From NCBI GenBank assembly GCA_965215335.1, contig CBDCDA010000001.1:672001-736000 (forward strand): 64,000 bases of DNA. The letters are read 5' to 3'. Positions 1 to 8,386 of this stretch are shown here, piece after piece. The position numbers and the translations under genes were made by a program. Position 1 is the stretch's first letter. The number at the start of each line of letters is the position of its first letter. The notes under the pieces were generated by a model. That model was not told the DNA's origin. It ran no database searches and saw only the letters and a program-made list of their open reading frames with translations. This DNA comes from an uncultured Candidatus Entotheonella sp. GTDB taxonomy: Bacteria > Tectomicrobia > Entotheonellia > Entotheonellales > Entotheonellaceae.

Positions 1-253
1 GGGTTGCGAGCGCGCCGTTGGCGTCCATCCACTTGCAAAGATCGGCAAGGATCTGCTCGCCGGTCCTGTCGCCGTGCAGTGCTTCGAGCTTCTCCCACGC
101 CTGCGGTTGCGTTTCGCGAACGAAGGCGAGGACGGTGTCAGGAAAAATGGCGCGCTCGCGATCGAAGCCGTCCCGCGCTACCGAAACGTACCCGTTCGCC
201 AGCAGGTGGGCTTCGATGACGGTTTCGAAGGCGGCTTCGCTCGTGTGCTTCAT
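1..253 (-). CDS. hsdR: Type I restriction endonuclease R subunit, N-terminal part (runs off window)
   Basis: Hand-translated from ATG 253: MKHTSEAAFETVIEAHLLANGYVSVARDGFDRERAIFPDTVLAFVRETQPQAWEKLEALHG..., a typical HsdR N-terminus. Lies downstream of hsdM-hsdS. Absent from the ORF track because it is open at the window edge. Confidence 0.85.
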   Translation of the reverse strand, partial: MKHTSEAAFETVIEAHLLANGYVSVARDGFDRERAIFPDTVLAFVRETQPQAWEKLEALHGDRTGEQILADLCKWMDANGALAT

Positions 254-339
254 GGCTGACATCCCTGGAACTCCCCGCAATGCTCGCATGGCTCCGGTCG
301 CCGTTCTGCCTGGCGTCATGCCAGGCCGCGAGTACCGAT

Positions 340-603
340 TCAGTCCTTGCAGCCTGGTTCAGTCGAGGGCGTTCCGCAAGCTCTTTTTCGTCCCGGCGAA
401 CGTGTCCCGACAAGGCTCCCTGAATCACCCTGCGGTTTGTTCACCTGCTTCACGTACGCCGAAAGGCACACGCACAGCGTATCCAGCACCGTCGTCCTGC
501 CAACGCCGTCGACGCCGACAATCAGGTTGACGCCCGGCTGGAATCGAAACGCGGCGGCCTCGATCGTGCGGACGTTGGCGAGTTTCAGGAACGTAACTCG
601 CAT
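340..603 (-). pseudogene. Truncated AAA/ABC-type ATPase fragment between hsdS and hsdR
   Basis: MRVTFLKLANVRTIEAAAFRFQPGVNLIVGVDGVGRTTVLD is an SMC/AAA_21-like N-terminus with a degenerate Walker A (GVGRTT). Ends after about 87 aa. Confidence 0.7.
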
Positions 604-1949
604 GCCTCCTCCTTCACGTCGATCTGGCCGGTTACCGCAGCAGAGATGAGCGACGCGCGGCGTTCCTTGAGGAGGGCGATGGTATCCTCGGTCATTGAAG
701 ACAACGTATCCAGCCGCGCCGTCTCGCGGTCGAGGTAGTCGGCGATGGCACGCTGCTTGCGCCACTGCGGGACCGGCATCCGATAATTCCGAATGAAATC
801 CTCCGGTACGCGCTGTTGGCCAGCGGCTCCGGTCATGCACGCTGTACCAGCCACCCTGAATCGTGGATCTGTCGTTACATAGTAAAGAAACTTGCCGTGT
901 ATCTCAGCACTTGGCCTCAGGACGTAAAGTTCCGTTGTCCCATAGGCCACACCATCGAGGGTGTTACTGACGAGGGCTCCCTTGCCATTTTCAAAACATG
1001 GCGTGATCTTGGCTACAAGAACATCGCCGTCGAAGCACTGTGTGTAGCCTGAACGTACGTCTTCAAGATCGCGCACACGTGACGTATCAAGCCGACCTTG
1101 TTCGCCAATCGCCTCCATTGGCAGGAAGGTCACACGAGAAGCGCGGGCGAGTCGCTGCCGATTATCCGACGAAAGGCCTCGCTGCATGACGTGGCGGAGC
1201 CGCTTTGTGGGCCAGCGCCGCTGAGTGGATACCCTCACCCCGTCACCTCCCGCAACAGCCGCATGATCTCCTAAACCAACCGGATCAGGGTGCGCTTGTT
1301 CAACAGCACCGAGGCCGCGGGTGACGGCTCGCGTGATGAGCGCCCGGCGCTTCTCGGTCAACAGATCGAGCAGTCGTTCTTTGGCCGCTACCAATGCGTC
1401 GAGCCGCGCCGTCTCGCGGTCGAGGTAGTCGGCGATGGCGCGCTGTTGGTCTTCGTCAGGCAGGTACACCCACTGTTCTTCAAACTTTTCCACCGTGAAA
1501 TGTGCAATCGTCGATCTGTTGCAGATGATGTCAAACCAGCCTTGGTTCGAAGCGTGTTTCAACAGGTAGGCAAGAAATCTGGGTTCCGCTCCGTTGCGGC
1601 CACGTACCAAGTGCAAAGCATTTTGGATAATTGTTCGACCTTGTGGCGCGCCGGCAACTATCGCGGCCCTGCCGACCTCTCCACCTTCACAGACAAGCAG
1701 GTCTCCTGACCTGACGAGCAAGGCATCTATCTCCGCCTCCGAAGCCCACATCGTCGGCAGGTCAGACAGTTGTACACGGTCCCACTGCACATGTTGTGCC
1801 TTCAAGTAAGGAACTTCGATTTCGGAAGAAGCTGACGGACTGTTCTGAAGCATCTTGCCTAGTGTGACGGAAAAAGCACGCTTGACCTGCAGACTATGCC
1901 AGTCAGCAGCGATACACGGCTGCCATGGCGTTCTGTCAATCCCATTCAC
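585..1949 (-). CDS. hsdS: Type I R-M specificity subunit, copy 1 (TRD-A + TRD-B)
   Basis: Two TRDs, each followed by the conserved QRAIADYLDRETARLD helix. C-terminal ERRASLISAAVTGQIDV. GTG start overlaps the hsdM stop (GTGA). Confidence 0.93.
   Translation of the reverse strand: MNGIDRTPWQPCIAADWHSLQVKRAFSVTLGKMLQNSPSASSEIEVPYLKAQHVQWDRVQLSDLPTMWASEAEIDALLVRSGDLLVCEGGEVGRAAIVAGAPQGRTIIQNALHLVRGRNGAEPRFLAYLLKHASNQGWFDIICNRSTIAHFTVEKFEEQWVYLPDEDQQRAIADYLDRETARLDALVAAKERLLDLLTEKRRALITRAVTRGLGAVEQAHPDPVGLGDHAAVAGGDGVRVSTQRRWPTKRLRHVMQRGLSSDNRQRLARASRVTFLPMEAIGEQGRLDTSRVRDLEDVRSGYTQCFDGDVLVAKITPCFENGKGALVSNTLDGVAYGTTELYVLRPSAEIHGKFLYYVTTDPRFRVAGTACMTGAAGQQRVPEDFIRNYRMPVPQWRKQRAIADYLDRETARLDTLSSMTEDTIALLKERRASLISAAVTGQIDVKEEACELRS
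712..749 (-). repeat. Repeat y (38 bp); other copies 1402-1439(-), 13012-13049(+), 13696-13733(+)
   Basis: GCCATCGCCGACTACCTCGACCGCGAGACGGCGCGGCT immediately 3' of each of the four TRDs. Confidence 0.92.
1235..1271 (-). repeat. Repeat x (hsdM 3'-tail sequence, 37 bp); other copies 1946-1982(-), 12487-12526(+), 13189-13225(+)
   Basis: GGAGATCAYGYGGCTGTTGCGGGAGGTGACGGGGTGA immediately 5' of each of the four TRDs (the 12487 copy has a 3-bp insertion). Confidence 0.92.
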
Positions 1950-3931
1950 CCCGTCACCTCCCGCAACAGCCGCGTGATCTCCGCCTCCGCCTGCTTCAGA
2001 TCCGCGTCGATTGCCTCCAGCGGTCGCGGCGGCGTGTACCTGTAGAAATGACGGTTGAAGTTGATCTCGTAGCCGGTCTTGTCCCTGGTTCTGTCCATCC
2101 AGGCGTCGGGCACGTGAGGACGAACTTCGCGCTCGAACCAGGCGTCGACGTCGTCCTTGAGCGGCACGTTCTCGAAATCGCGCAGGTCGGTGTCAGGCTC
2201 GCAGGCGGCCTCCCGGCCATCCTTCCTGACCGGCTCGGCCTGCACATCTTTTCCGGTGAAGACGTCGCGGAAGAACTTCTGTTCCGCCTTCTTCCAGCGC
2301 GCCTGCCGCTCATGCAGGAGATCGGTAATACGCTCCCATGTCGCATGCCAGTCGCGGATCGGTTCGCGGCCCAACGCCTTGTCGATGGCCCGCACGTCGT
2401 CGAGCAGGTGCGGACACGCATCGAGGAAGTGGGCCATGTCGTCCGACGTCATCTGGTAGCGCAGGCGCAAGGGTCGCTCCACGGTGACGCGCGTGTAGCC
2501 GAAGTCGGCGTTGTCGAAGCACTTCGAGCGCTCATGGTCCTCGAAGCGGCCATAGAGGCGCACAATCTCTTCAATCTGCCGCGCCGCCAGGTGGCGGCGC
2601 TTGTCGCCCAGGCTGCGCCTGTTGTCCTCGCTGCCACCCGGGGTCCACAGGTCGCGCGCGTCCAGGAGTTGAACCCTGCCCTTGCGACGATCCTCCTTGC
2701 GGTTGGTGACGATCCAGACCCAGGTGCCGATGCCGGTGTTGTAGAACATCTGCTCCGGCAGGGCGATGATGGCCTCCAGCCAGTCGTTCTCGATGAACCA
2801 CTGGCGGACGTTGCTCTCGCCCGAACCGGCGCCGCCGCTGAACAGCGGCGAGCCACTGAAGACGATGGCGAGCCGGGAGCCGTGCTTGCGTTCCGCCGGC
2901 TGCACGGGTTCGCGCTTGTGCCACATGTGCTGCAGGAAGAGCAGCGAACCGTCGTTGACGCGCGGCAGGCCGGCGCCGAAGCGGCCATCGAAGCCGCGTT
3001 GGTCGTGCTCCTGCCTGATCTCCTTCTGCTGCCGCTTCCAGTCCACCCCGAAGGGCGGGTTGGTGAGGAAGTAATCGAAGGTTTCCGCCGCGAACCGGTC
3101 CTCGGTCAGGCTGTCGCCGTGCCGGACGTTGGCGCCACTGCCGTTGGGGGCCACCTGCTTCATGAGCATGTCCGATGCGGCGGTGGCGAAGGCGCGCCGG
3201 TTGTAGTCCTGCCCGTAGACGAAGAGCCGCGCAGCCCCGTGGTGCTCGCGCAGGTAGTTCTGCGCCTCCGCCAGCATGCCGCCGGTGCCGCAGGCCGGGT
3301 CGAGCAGCTTGCGGACGACGCCGGGCGTGGCGAGCAGTTGGTCGTCCTCGATGAACAGGATGCTCACCATCAGCCGGATGACGTCGCGCGGCGTGAAGTG
3401 GTCGCCGGCCGTCTCGTTGGCCAACTCGTTGAAACGGCGAATCAGGTTCTCGAAGATGAGCCCCATTTGCTCGTTCGGCACCGTATCGGGGTGCAGGTCG
3501 ACGTCGGCAAACCTGGAAATGACGAGGTACAGAACGTTCGCCTCACGCATCCGTTCGATCTCGTTCTCGAATTCGAAGAATTCGAAGATGTCGCGCACGT
3601 TCTTCGAAAAGCCGTTGATATAGCCGACCAGGTGCCTTTCGACATGGTCCGGGTCCCCCTTGAGCTTCTCGAAGTCGAGGGGGGAGCGGTTATGAAAGCG
3701 CTGTCCGGCAGCCCGGTTCAGCCGCAGGTCCAGGGCCTCGCCTTCGAGCTTGTCGCGGCGTCTTCCGTACTCGGCCAGCACCTCGGCTTTCGACGGGGCA
3801 AGCACGCAGTCGAACCGCCGCAGCACGGTCATGGGCAGCATGACGCGCTCGTACTGCGGCGGCCGGTAGGGGCCGCGCAACAGCTCGGCAATCTGCCAGA
3901 GCAGGTTCGCGAAGTCGTTGTGGTCAGGCAT
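1946..3931 (-). CDS. hsdM: Type I R-M N6-adenine methyltransferase M subunit
   Basis: DPACGTGGM (motif I), TNPPF (motif IV), HFTPRDVI, FYNTGIGT; 661 aa. Confidence 0.95.
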   Translation of the reverse strand: MPDHNDFANLLWQIAELLRGPYRPPQYERVMLPMTVLRRFDCVLAPSKAEVLAEYGRRRDKLEGEALDLRLNRAAGQRFHNRSPLDFEKLKGDPDHVERHLVGYINGFSKNVRDIFEFFEFENEIERMREANVLYLVISRFADVDLHPDTVPNEQMGLIFENLIRRFNELANETAGDHFTPRDVIRLMVSILFIEDDQLLATPGVVRKLLDPACGTGGMLAEAQNYLREHHGAARLFVYGQDYNRRAFATAASDMLMKQVAPNGSGANVRHGDSLTEDRFAAETFDYFLTNPPFGVDWKRQQKEIRQEHDQRGFDGRFGAGLPRVNDGSLLFLQHMWHKREPVQPAERKHGSRLAIVFSGSPLFSGGAGSGESNVRQWFIENDWLEAIIALPEQMFYNTGIGTWVWIVTNRKEDRRKGRVQLLDARDLWTPGGSEDNRRSLGDKRRHLAARQIEEIVRLYGRFEDHERSKCFDNADFGYTRVTVERPLRLRYQMTSDDMAHFLDACPHLLDDVRAIDKALGREPIRDWHATWERITDLLHERQARWKKAEQKFFRDVFTGKDVQAEPVRKDGREAACEPDTDLRDFENVPLKDDVDAWFEREVRPHVPDAWMDRTRDKTGYEINFNRHFYRYTPPRPLEAIDADLKQAEAEITRLLREVTG

Positions 3932-4005
3932 TTATCCGTTCACTCCCGCCGGGATGTCCCGTCCGGCCTCGTGCTGCGCCATGACCCACCCCCTTTCCCC
4001 GTTCG

Positions 4006-4035
4006 TTGACACGTCCGAGACCCCCTTGCTATACT
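4006..4035 (+). promoter_or_regulatory. sigma70-type promoter for rpsT
   Basis: TTGACA (4006-4011), 18 bp spacer, TGc-TATACT (4030-4035). AAGGAGG SD at 4047-4053. Confidence 0.8.
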
Positions 4036-4061
4036 GCCTCCACTGAAAGGAGGCCTTATTC

Positions 4062-4340
4062 ATGGCAAATCGTCATCCCTCGGCCCTGAAGCGCAACCGC
4101 CAAAACAAGAAGCGAAACCAGCGCAACACCATGCTGCGATCGGCCCTGCGCACCACCATCCGGCGCGTCACCTCGGCCGTCGCGCGAAACGACGTTCCCA
4201 CCGCGCAAGCCGAGCTGCCCGTTGCGGTTCGCGCCCTGGGCAAAGCCTCGACCAAGGGCATCATCCACAAGAACCAGGCTTCCCGTCGCATCTCCCGCCT
4301 CACCCGCAAGGTGGCGGCGCTCGCCGGTCCGTCCGCCTAA
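4062..4340 (+). CDS. rpsT: 30S ribosomal protein S20
   Basis: MANRHPSALKRNRQ...KGIIHKNQASRRISRL. Confidence 0.97.
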   Translation: MANRHPSALKRNRQNKKRNQRNTMLRSALRTTIRRVTSAVARNDVPTAQAELPVAVRALGKASTKGIIHKNQASRRISRLTRKVAALAGPSA

Positions 4341-5341
4341 ACCCCCGCGCACAACTGGAGAATCAGACCCTCCAGGATAGCCCGCGGGGGTTTGTTCGTG
4401 CTCTTGAACGTCAAATCTGCCTCCAAGGCCGCCCCGTACAATTCCTGCAGCCGCTCGGCAGAAAAGGAGCCGCTCTGCCCCGTCAGGGCGCGGCATACGT
4501 TGGGCGGCAGGCGCAGCGTCCTGGCGATGTGGTAGCGGTCCTGACCCTGGCCAACGAACTGCTTGACGCTCCACAGCAGGCGGAAGTGCCGCACGATCAT
4601 GCTCATGACGACGAGCGGCGGCTCGCCCTGATTGAGCAGGTGGTCGACTTCCAGCAACGCCGGCCCCGGCTGCCGGCCACCAAGCGCGTCGGACAGCGCA
4701 AAGAGGGAATGCTGCCGCGACGCCTGCCCCACCGCCTGCACGTCTTCCAGGCTCACCTCCCCCGGCTCGCCCACGTACGTGCACAGCTTCTCGATCTCGC
4801 GCTCCAGAATCCGCAGGTCGGGGTCGTGGTCGTGCAGCAGGCCACGAACCGCCTCGTCGGTAATGCGGTAGCCCGCCGCCGCCACCGCCCTAGCCACCCA
4901 GCCGCGCAGGCTGCCGCCCTCCAGCGGCGCACAGGCCACTGCCAGCGCGTGCTTCCACACGAAATCGGGAAATTTTTTCGGCTCGCCATCGCGGCTGGCG
5001 GCGATCAGCGCGGTGCTCTCGGAAGGCGACGTCACATAGCCTTCCATCTGCCTCCAGTCGGCTTTGCGCAACTCCTGCAAATCCTGCACCACCACCACGC
5101 GATGCGCCGCCATGACGGGCAGCGTGCGGGCCGTTCCCAACGCCTCGGCGAGGCTGTCGCGGTCCGCCATGGAATAGCGGTCGTAATTGAAATCGCGCGG
5201 CGCGGCACCGAGGATGCGGGCCGTGAGGGCTCCGGTGTACTCGCGGACGAGGTAGGCTTCCTGGCCAAAGAAGAGGTAGAACGGATCAATGGTGCCCTGG
5301 TCCAATCGCTGCCAGAGGTCGGCGATGGCAAGACGCGGCAT
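4337..5341 (-). CDS. holA: DNA polymerase III delta subunit
   Basis: YLFFGQEAYL, LEREIEKL, FALSDAL. Conserved lptE-holA convergent on rpsT. Confidence 0.92.
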   Translation of the reverse strand: MPRLAIADLWQRLDQGTIDPFYLFFGQEAYLVREYTGALTARILGAAPRDFNYDRYSMADRDSLAEALGTARTLPVMAAHRVVVVQDLQELRKADWRQMEGYVTSPSESTALIAASRDGEPKKFPDFVWKHALAVACAPLEGGSLRGWVARAVAAAGYRITDEAVRGLLHDHDPDLRILEREIEKLCTYVGEPGEVSLEDVQAVGQASRQHSLFALSDALGGRQPGPALLEVDHLLNQGEPPLVVMSMIVRHFRLLWSVKQFVGQGQDRYHIARTLRLPPNVCRALTGQSGSFSAERLQELYGAALEADLTFKSTNKPPRAILEGLILQLCAGV

Positions 5342-5345
5342 GCGG

Positions 5346-5957
5346 TCACACTTCCAACAAGGCGAGGGTCAGCCAGGCGGCGCAGCGATCGGCAAACTGC
5401 CGCGCCAGCAGGGCCAGGGCGGCCTCGCGCGCCACGGCCTCTTCGCGCACGTCTCCGGTGCGCGACACCAGGTACTCGGCCCGCGCCAGGATGTCGTGCT
5501 GCAGCTGCGGTTCTTCCCCGCTCAGCACGAGGATGCGGAAGTCGGCTTCAAGGCGATACTCCAGCACGTTGTCGTTCGGGCCGTACGACAACGCCGTGGT
5601 GCGAAAGTGGCGAACGCGCCCCTGCAGCCGCGTCGGCGCCGCGGCTGTCGAGGTCAGCACGAACTCCCGCCCCTGCATCAGCGCCTGGCGTAGCGCCGCC
5701 GTGGCGTAGTGTTCCACCCCGGGTTCGCGCGTTTCGTTGGTGAACGGCTCCACGGCCACCGCGGCAGCCCGCTTGTCGAGCCTGGCCGACGATGAACCGA
5801 TGAGCGTGTAACCGCAGCCCCATACCGTCAACCCAATGACAGCCAGGAGCACCGACCCGTGCCAGTGCCGAGATCGCGAACAGCCAGGGCGCAACTTCTG
5901 TTTTACGCCGGAGGAAGGCGAAACGCCTCGCGGCTCTCTCTGTGGATCGCTATGCAT
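5346..5957 (-). CDS. lptE: LPS assembly lipoprotein LptE family (start uncertain)
   Basis: Lipobox-like VWGCGY, VAVEPFTNETREPG. Located upstream of holA. Confidence 0.75.
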   Translation of the reverse strand: MHSDPQREPRGVSPSSGVKQKLRPGCSRSRHWHGSVLLAVIGLTVWGCGYTLIGSSSARLDKRAAAVAVEPFTNETREPGVEHYATAALRQALMQGREFVLTSTAAAPTRLQGRVRHFRTTALSYGPNDNVLEYRLEADFRILVLSGEEPQLQHDILARAEYLVSRTGDVREEAVAREAALALLARQFADRCAAWLTLALLEV

Positions 5958-6069
5958 GCGGTGAACTATAGCACGACCGCGGCGTTGCCGTCTGCGCTGC
6001 TGCCAGGCTGAGAGAATGGTGTTGTCCGATCCCTGCAAACTCGGTTATAGTAGGGTCTCGTTCAGCCGT

Positions 6070-6144
6070 GCCCCCGTAGCTCAGCATGGATAGAGCAACG
6101 GCCTCCGGAGCCGTGTGTCGGACGTTCGAATCGTCTCGGGGGTA
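6070..6144 (+). tRNA. tRNA-Arg(CCG); CCA end not encoded (CCT follows)
   Basis: Acceptor GCCCCCG/CGGGGGT, D arm GCTC..GAGC, anticodon arm ACGGC-CTCCGGA-GCCGT, T loop GTTCGAATC. Confidence 0.93.
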
Positions 6145-6190
6145 CCTTCCTTCATCGTTTCCCGCCCGGGGTCATCCTGCGAGCCGCGCC

Positions 6191-7480
6191 ATGGAACGCA
6201 TCGAGGTCATCCCAACCCCCGGCATCGCGCCGGAACACACCGTTCCCGGTTCCAAAAGCTATACCAACCGCGCCCTGACCATTGCCGCCATGGCCCGCGG
6301 CACGAGCACCCTGCGCGGCGCCCTGCTCAGCGACGATACGCGCGTTGCGCGCGCCGCCCTCGAACGCCTGGGGATCCAGGTCGCGCGCGACGACGGCGCC
6401 TTCTCCGTGCACGGCCTGGGCGGGCGATTCAGCGACCCCGGCGCGCCCCTGTGCCTCGGCAATTCCGGCACCGCAACCCGATTCCTGACCGCCATGATGA
6501 CCCTGGCGGGTTTCGCCAGCACGGTCACCGGCAATGACCGGATGCAGGAACGCCCCATTGCCGACCTGCTCGCCGCTCTCGCTCAGCTCGGCGCCGAGGT
6601 CGGTAGCGTGCGCGGCAACGGCTGTCCGCCGGTCCGCATCGGCGCCTCGCGTCTGCAAGGCGGTCGCGCCACCGTCTCGGGCGCCATCAGCAGCCAGTTT
6701 CTCTCCGCCCTGCTGATGGCGGCGCCATACGCCCGGCAGGCCGTTGTGCTGGAGGTGCAGGACACCCTGGTGTCGGTGCCCTACGTCGATCTGACCCTGG
6801 ACGTCATGGCGCGCTTTGGTGTCGAGGTGGCGCACGACGATTACCGGCTGTTTCGCATTCCGGGCCGCCAGGTGTACGCGGCCCGGGACTACGCCATCGA
6901 GGGCGATGCGTCCTCGGCCAGCTATTTCTGGGGCCTCGCCGCCCTGCTCGGACAAGCCGTGTGCGTAACCAACGTGCCGCCCGATTCGGTGCAGGGCGAC
7001 ACGCACTTCCTGCAGGTGCTGGAGCGCATGGGCTGCACCGTGTCGCGGCGCCAGGGATGGCACGTCGCCGGGCCGCAACAGTTGCGGCCGCTCGGCGACG
7101 TCGACCTCAACGCCCTCCCCGACGCCGCCATGACGGTGGCCGTACTCGCCGCTTTCTGCCACGGCGCAACGCGCCTGCGCAACATCGCCAACCTGCGCGT
7201 GAAGGAAACCGACCGCCTGCACGCCCTCGCCACCGAGTTGCGCAAGATCGGCGCCGCGGTGACGGAATTGCCCGACGGCCTGCACATCGACGGCAACCCC
7301 ACCGCCCTGCATGGGGCGGAAATCGATACCTACGACGACCACCGCATGGCCATGTGCTTCGGCATGGCCGGCGCCCGCCTGCCGGGTATCCGCGTCCGCG
7401 AGCCGGGCTGCGTCGCCAAGACCTACCCCGGCTTCTGGGACGACCTGCGGCGCGTCGGCATCGCCGTCGAGAAGGTGTGA
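6191..7480 (+). CDS. aroA: 3-phosphoshikimate 1-carboxyvinyltransferase
   Basis: PGSKSYTNR, GNSGTATRF, SSQFLSALL, RVKETDRL, DDHRMAM. Start moved downstream of the tRNA. Confidence 0.96.
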   Translation: MERIEVIPTPGIAPEHTVPGSKSYTNRALTIAAMARGTSTLRGALLSDDTRVARAALERLGIQVARDDGAFSVHGLGGRFSDPGAPLCLGNSGTATRFLTAMMTLAGFASTVTGNDRMQERPIADLLAALAQLGAEVGSVRGNGCPPVRIGASRLQGGRATVSGAISSQFLSALLMAAPYARQAVVLEVQDTLVSVPYVDLTLDVMARFGVEVAHDDYRLFRIPGRQVYAARDYAIEGDASSASYFWGLAALLGQAVCVTNVPPDSVQGDTHFLQVLERMGCTVSRRQGWHVAGPQQLRPLGDVDLNALPDAAMTVAVLAAFCHGATRLRNIANLRVKETDRLHALATELRKIGAAVTELPDGLHIDGNPTALHGAEIDTYDDHRMAMCFGMAGARLPGIRVREPGCVAKTYPGFWDDLRRVGIAVEKV

Positions 7481-7483
7481 GGC

Positions 7484-8062
7484 GTGAACGTCGTCCTGAC
7501 CGGCCTGCGCGGCACCGGCAAGAGCACCCTCGGCAGGGCCCTCGCCCGCCGGCTGGGCTACGGCTTCCGCGACACCGATCAAGACGTCGTGCGCTGCGCC
7601 GGCATGTCCATCAACGACATCGTGGCGCAGAACGGCTGGGACCATTTTCGTGCCCTGGAACGCCAGGTCGTGGCGGACGCCGCGCGGCTCCGCGCCCACG
7701 TCATCGCGGTCGGCGGCGGCGCCCTGATCGACGCGGACAACGCGCGGGTCCTCAAGGCGGGCAGCGTCGTGGTTCTGCTGGTCTGCGACCTGGCGGTATT
7801 GGCGGCGCGCATCGCCCGCCACAGCCACCGCCCGTCCCTCACCGGACAGGGACCCGCGGAAGCGGAAATGGCCCAGGTGTGGGGGGAACGGCGCGAGCGC
7901 TATCACGCCGTCGCGGACCTGACGTATGACGTGTCGGCGCAAAGCAGACATGAGGCGGACGACCTGCGCCGCAAGGCGCGGGCCATTCACCGCCTGCTGC
8001 AGCAGGCGGACCGTTTCGCGGCGGGCTGCGGGCTGATTGGTGACAGGCCAAAGGGATCGTGA
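7484..8062 (+). CDS. aroK: Shikimate kinase
   Basis: GLRGTGKST P-loop, DTD, GWDHFRALE, GGG, RPSL. Confidence 0.92.
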   Translation: MNVVLTGLRGTGKSTLGRALARRLGYGFRDTDQDVVRCAGMSINDIVAQNGWDHFRALERQVVADAARLRAHVIAVGGGALIDADNARVLKAGSVVVLLVCDLAVLAARIARHSHRPSLTGQGPAEAEMAQVWGERRERYHAVADLTYDVSAQSRHEADDLRRKARAIHRLLQQADRFAAGCGLIGDRPKGS

Positions 8063-8283
8063 CGATGATTTTGGAAGCTCTGCACGACGTATTCGTCGTT
8101 CTGAAATGGCTTTTCGGGCTTGGCGCCCTGATGGCGTTGCTGGGCATCGGCCTGGTGCTGCTGTGGTTTGCCGCGCGCGCCGTTGTCGTACGGGCGCTGC
8201 GCAACCGGTCCGCCGACCGGTTTCCTGTTCTGCGCAAGCTGTTTCTCGAAATAACCGTCTCTTGTCCCGGATTCCCCCCTTGA
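8059..8283 (+). CDS. Small putative membrane protein
   Basis: 74 aa with one long hydrophobic stretch; start overlaps the aroK stop. Confidence 0.45.
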   Translation: MTMILEALHDVFVVLKWLFGLGALMALLGIGLVLLWFAARAVVVRALRNRSADRFPVLRKLFLEITVSCPGFPP

Positions 8284-8386
8284 CGATCTCAGACCGGCAT
8301 GGGGAATCGACTTTTTCGGCGCCAGGACGCCGGGCGGTGGATCCGCTGCTCGCCGAGACCCGGGAACACCTCGACGAGGCGTCCGG

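Noticed and set aside
1925..4009. 694-aa plus-strand ORF and similar long antisense ORFs (6152-7990, 10522-12354, 44252-46546, 52388-54907)
   Set aside because: Shadow ORFs opposite well-supported genes in high-GC DNA, with no recognisable motifs.
6070..6144. tRNA-Arg as integration site for the R-M region or the integrase
   Set aside because: No duplicated tRNA 3' end seen in the window, and the flanks are core genes.
6086..6190. N-terminal extension of aroA
   Set aside because: Overlaps tRNA-Arg; AroA similarity begins at ATG 6191.
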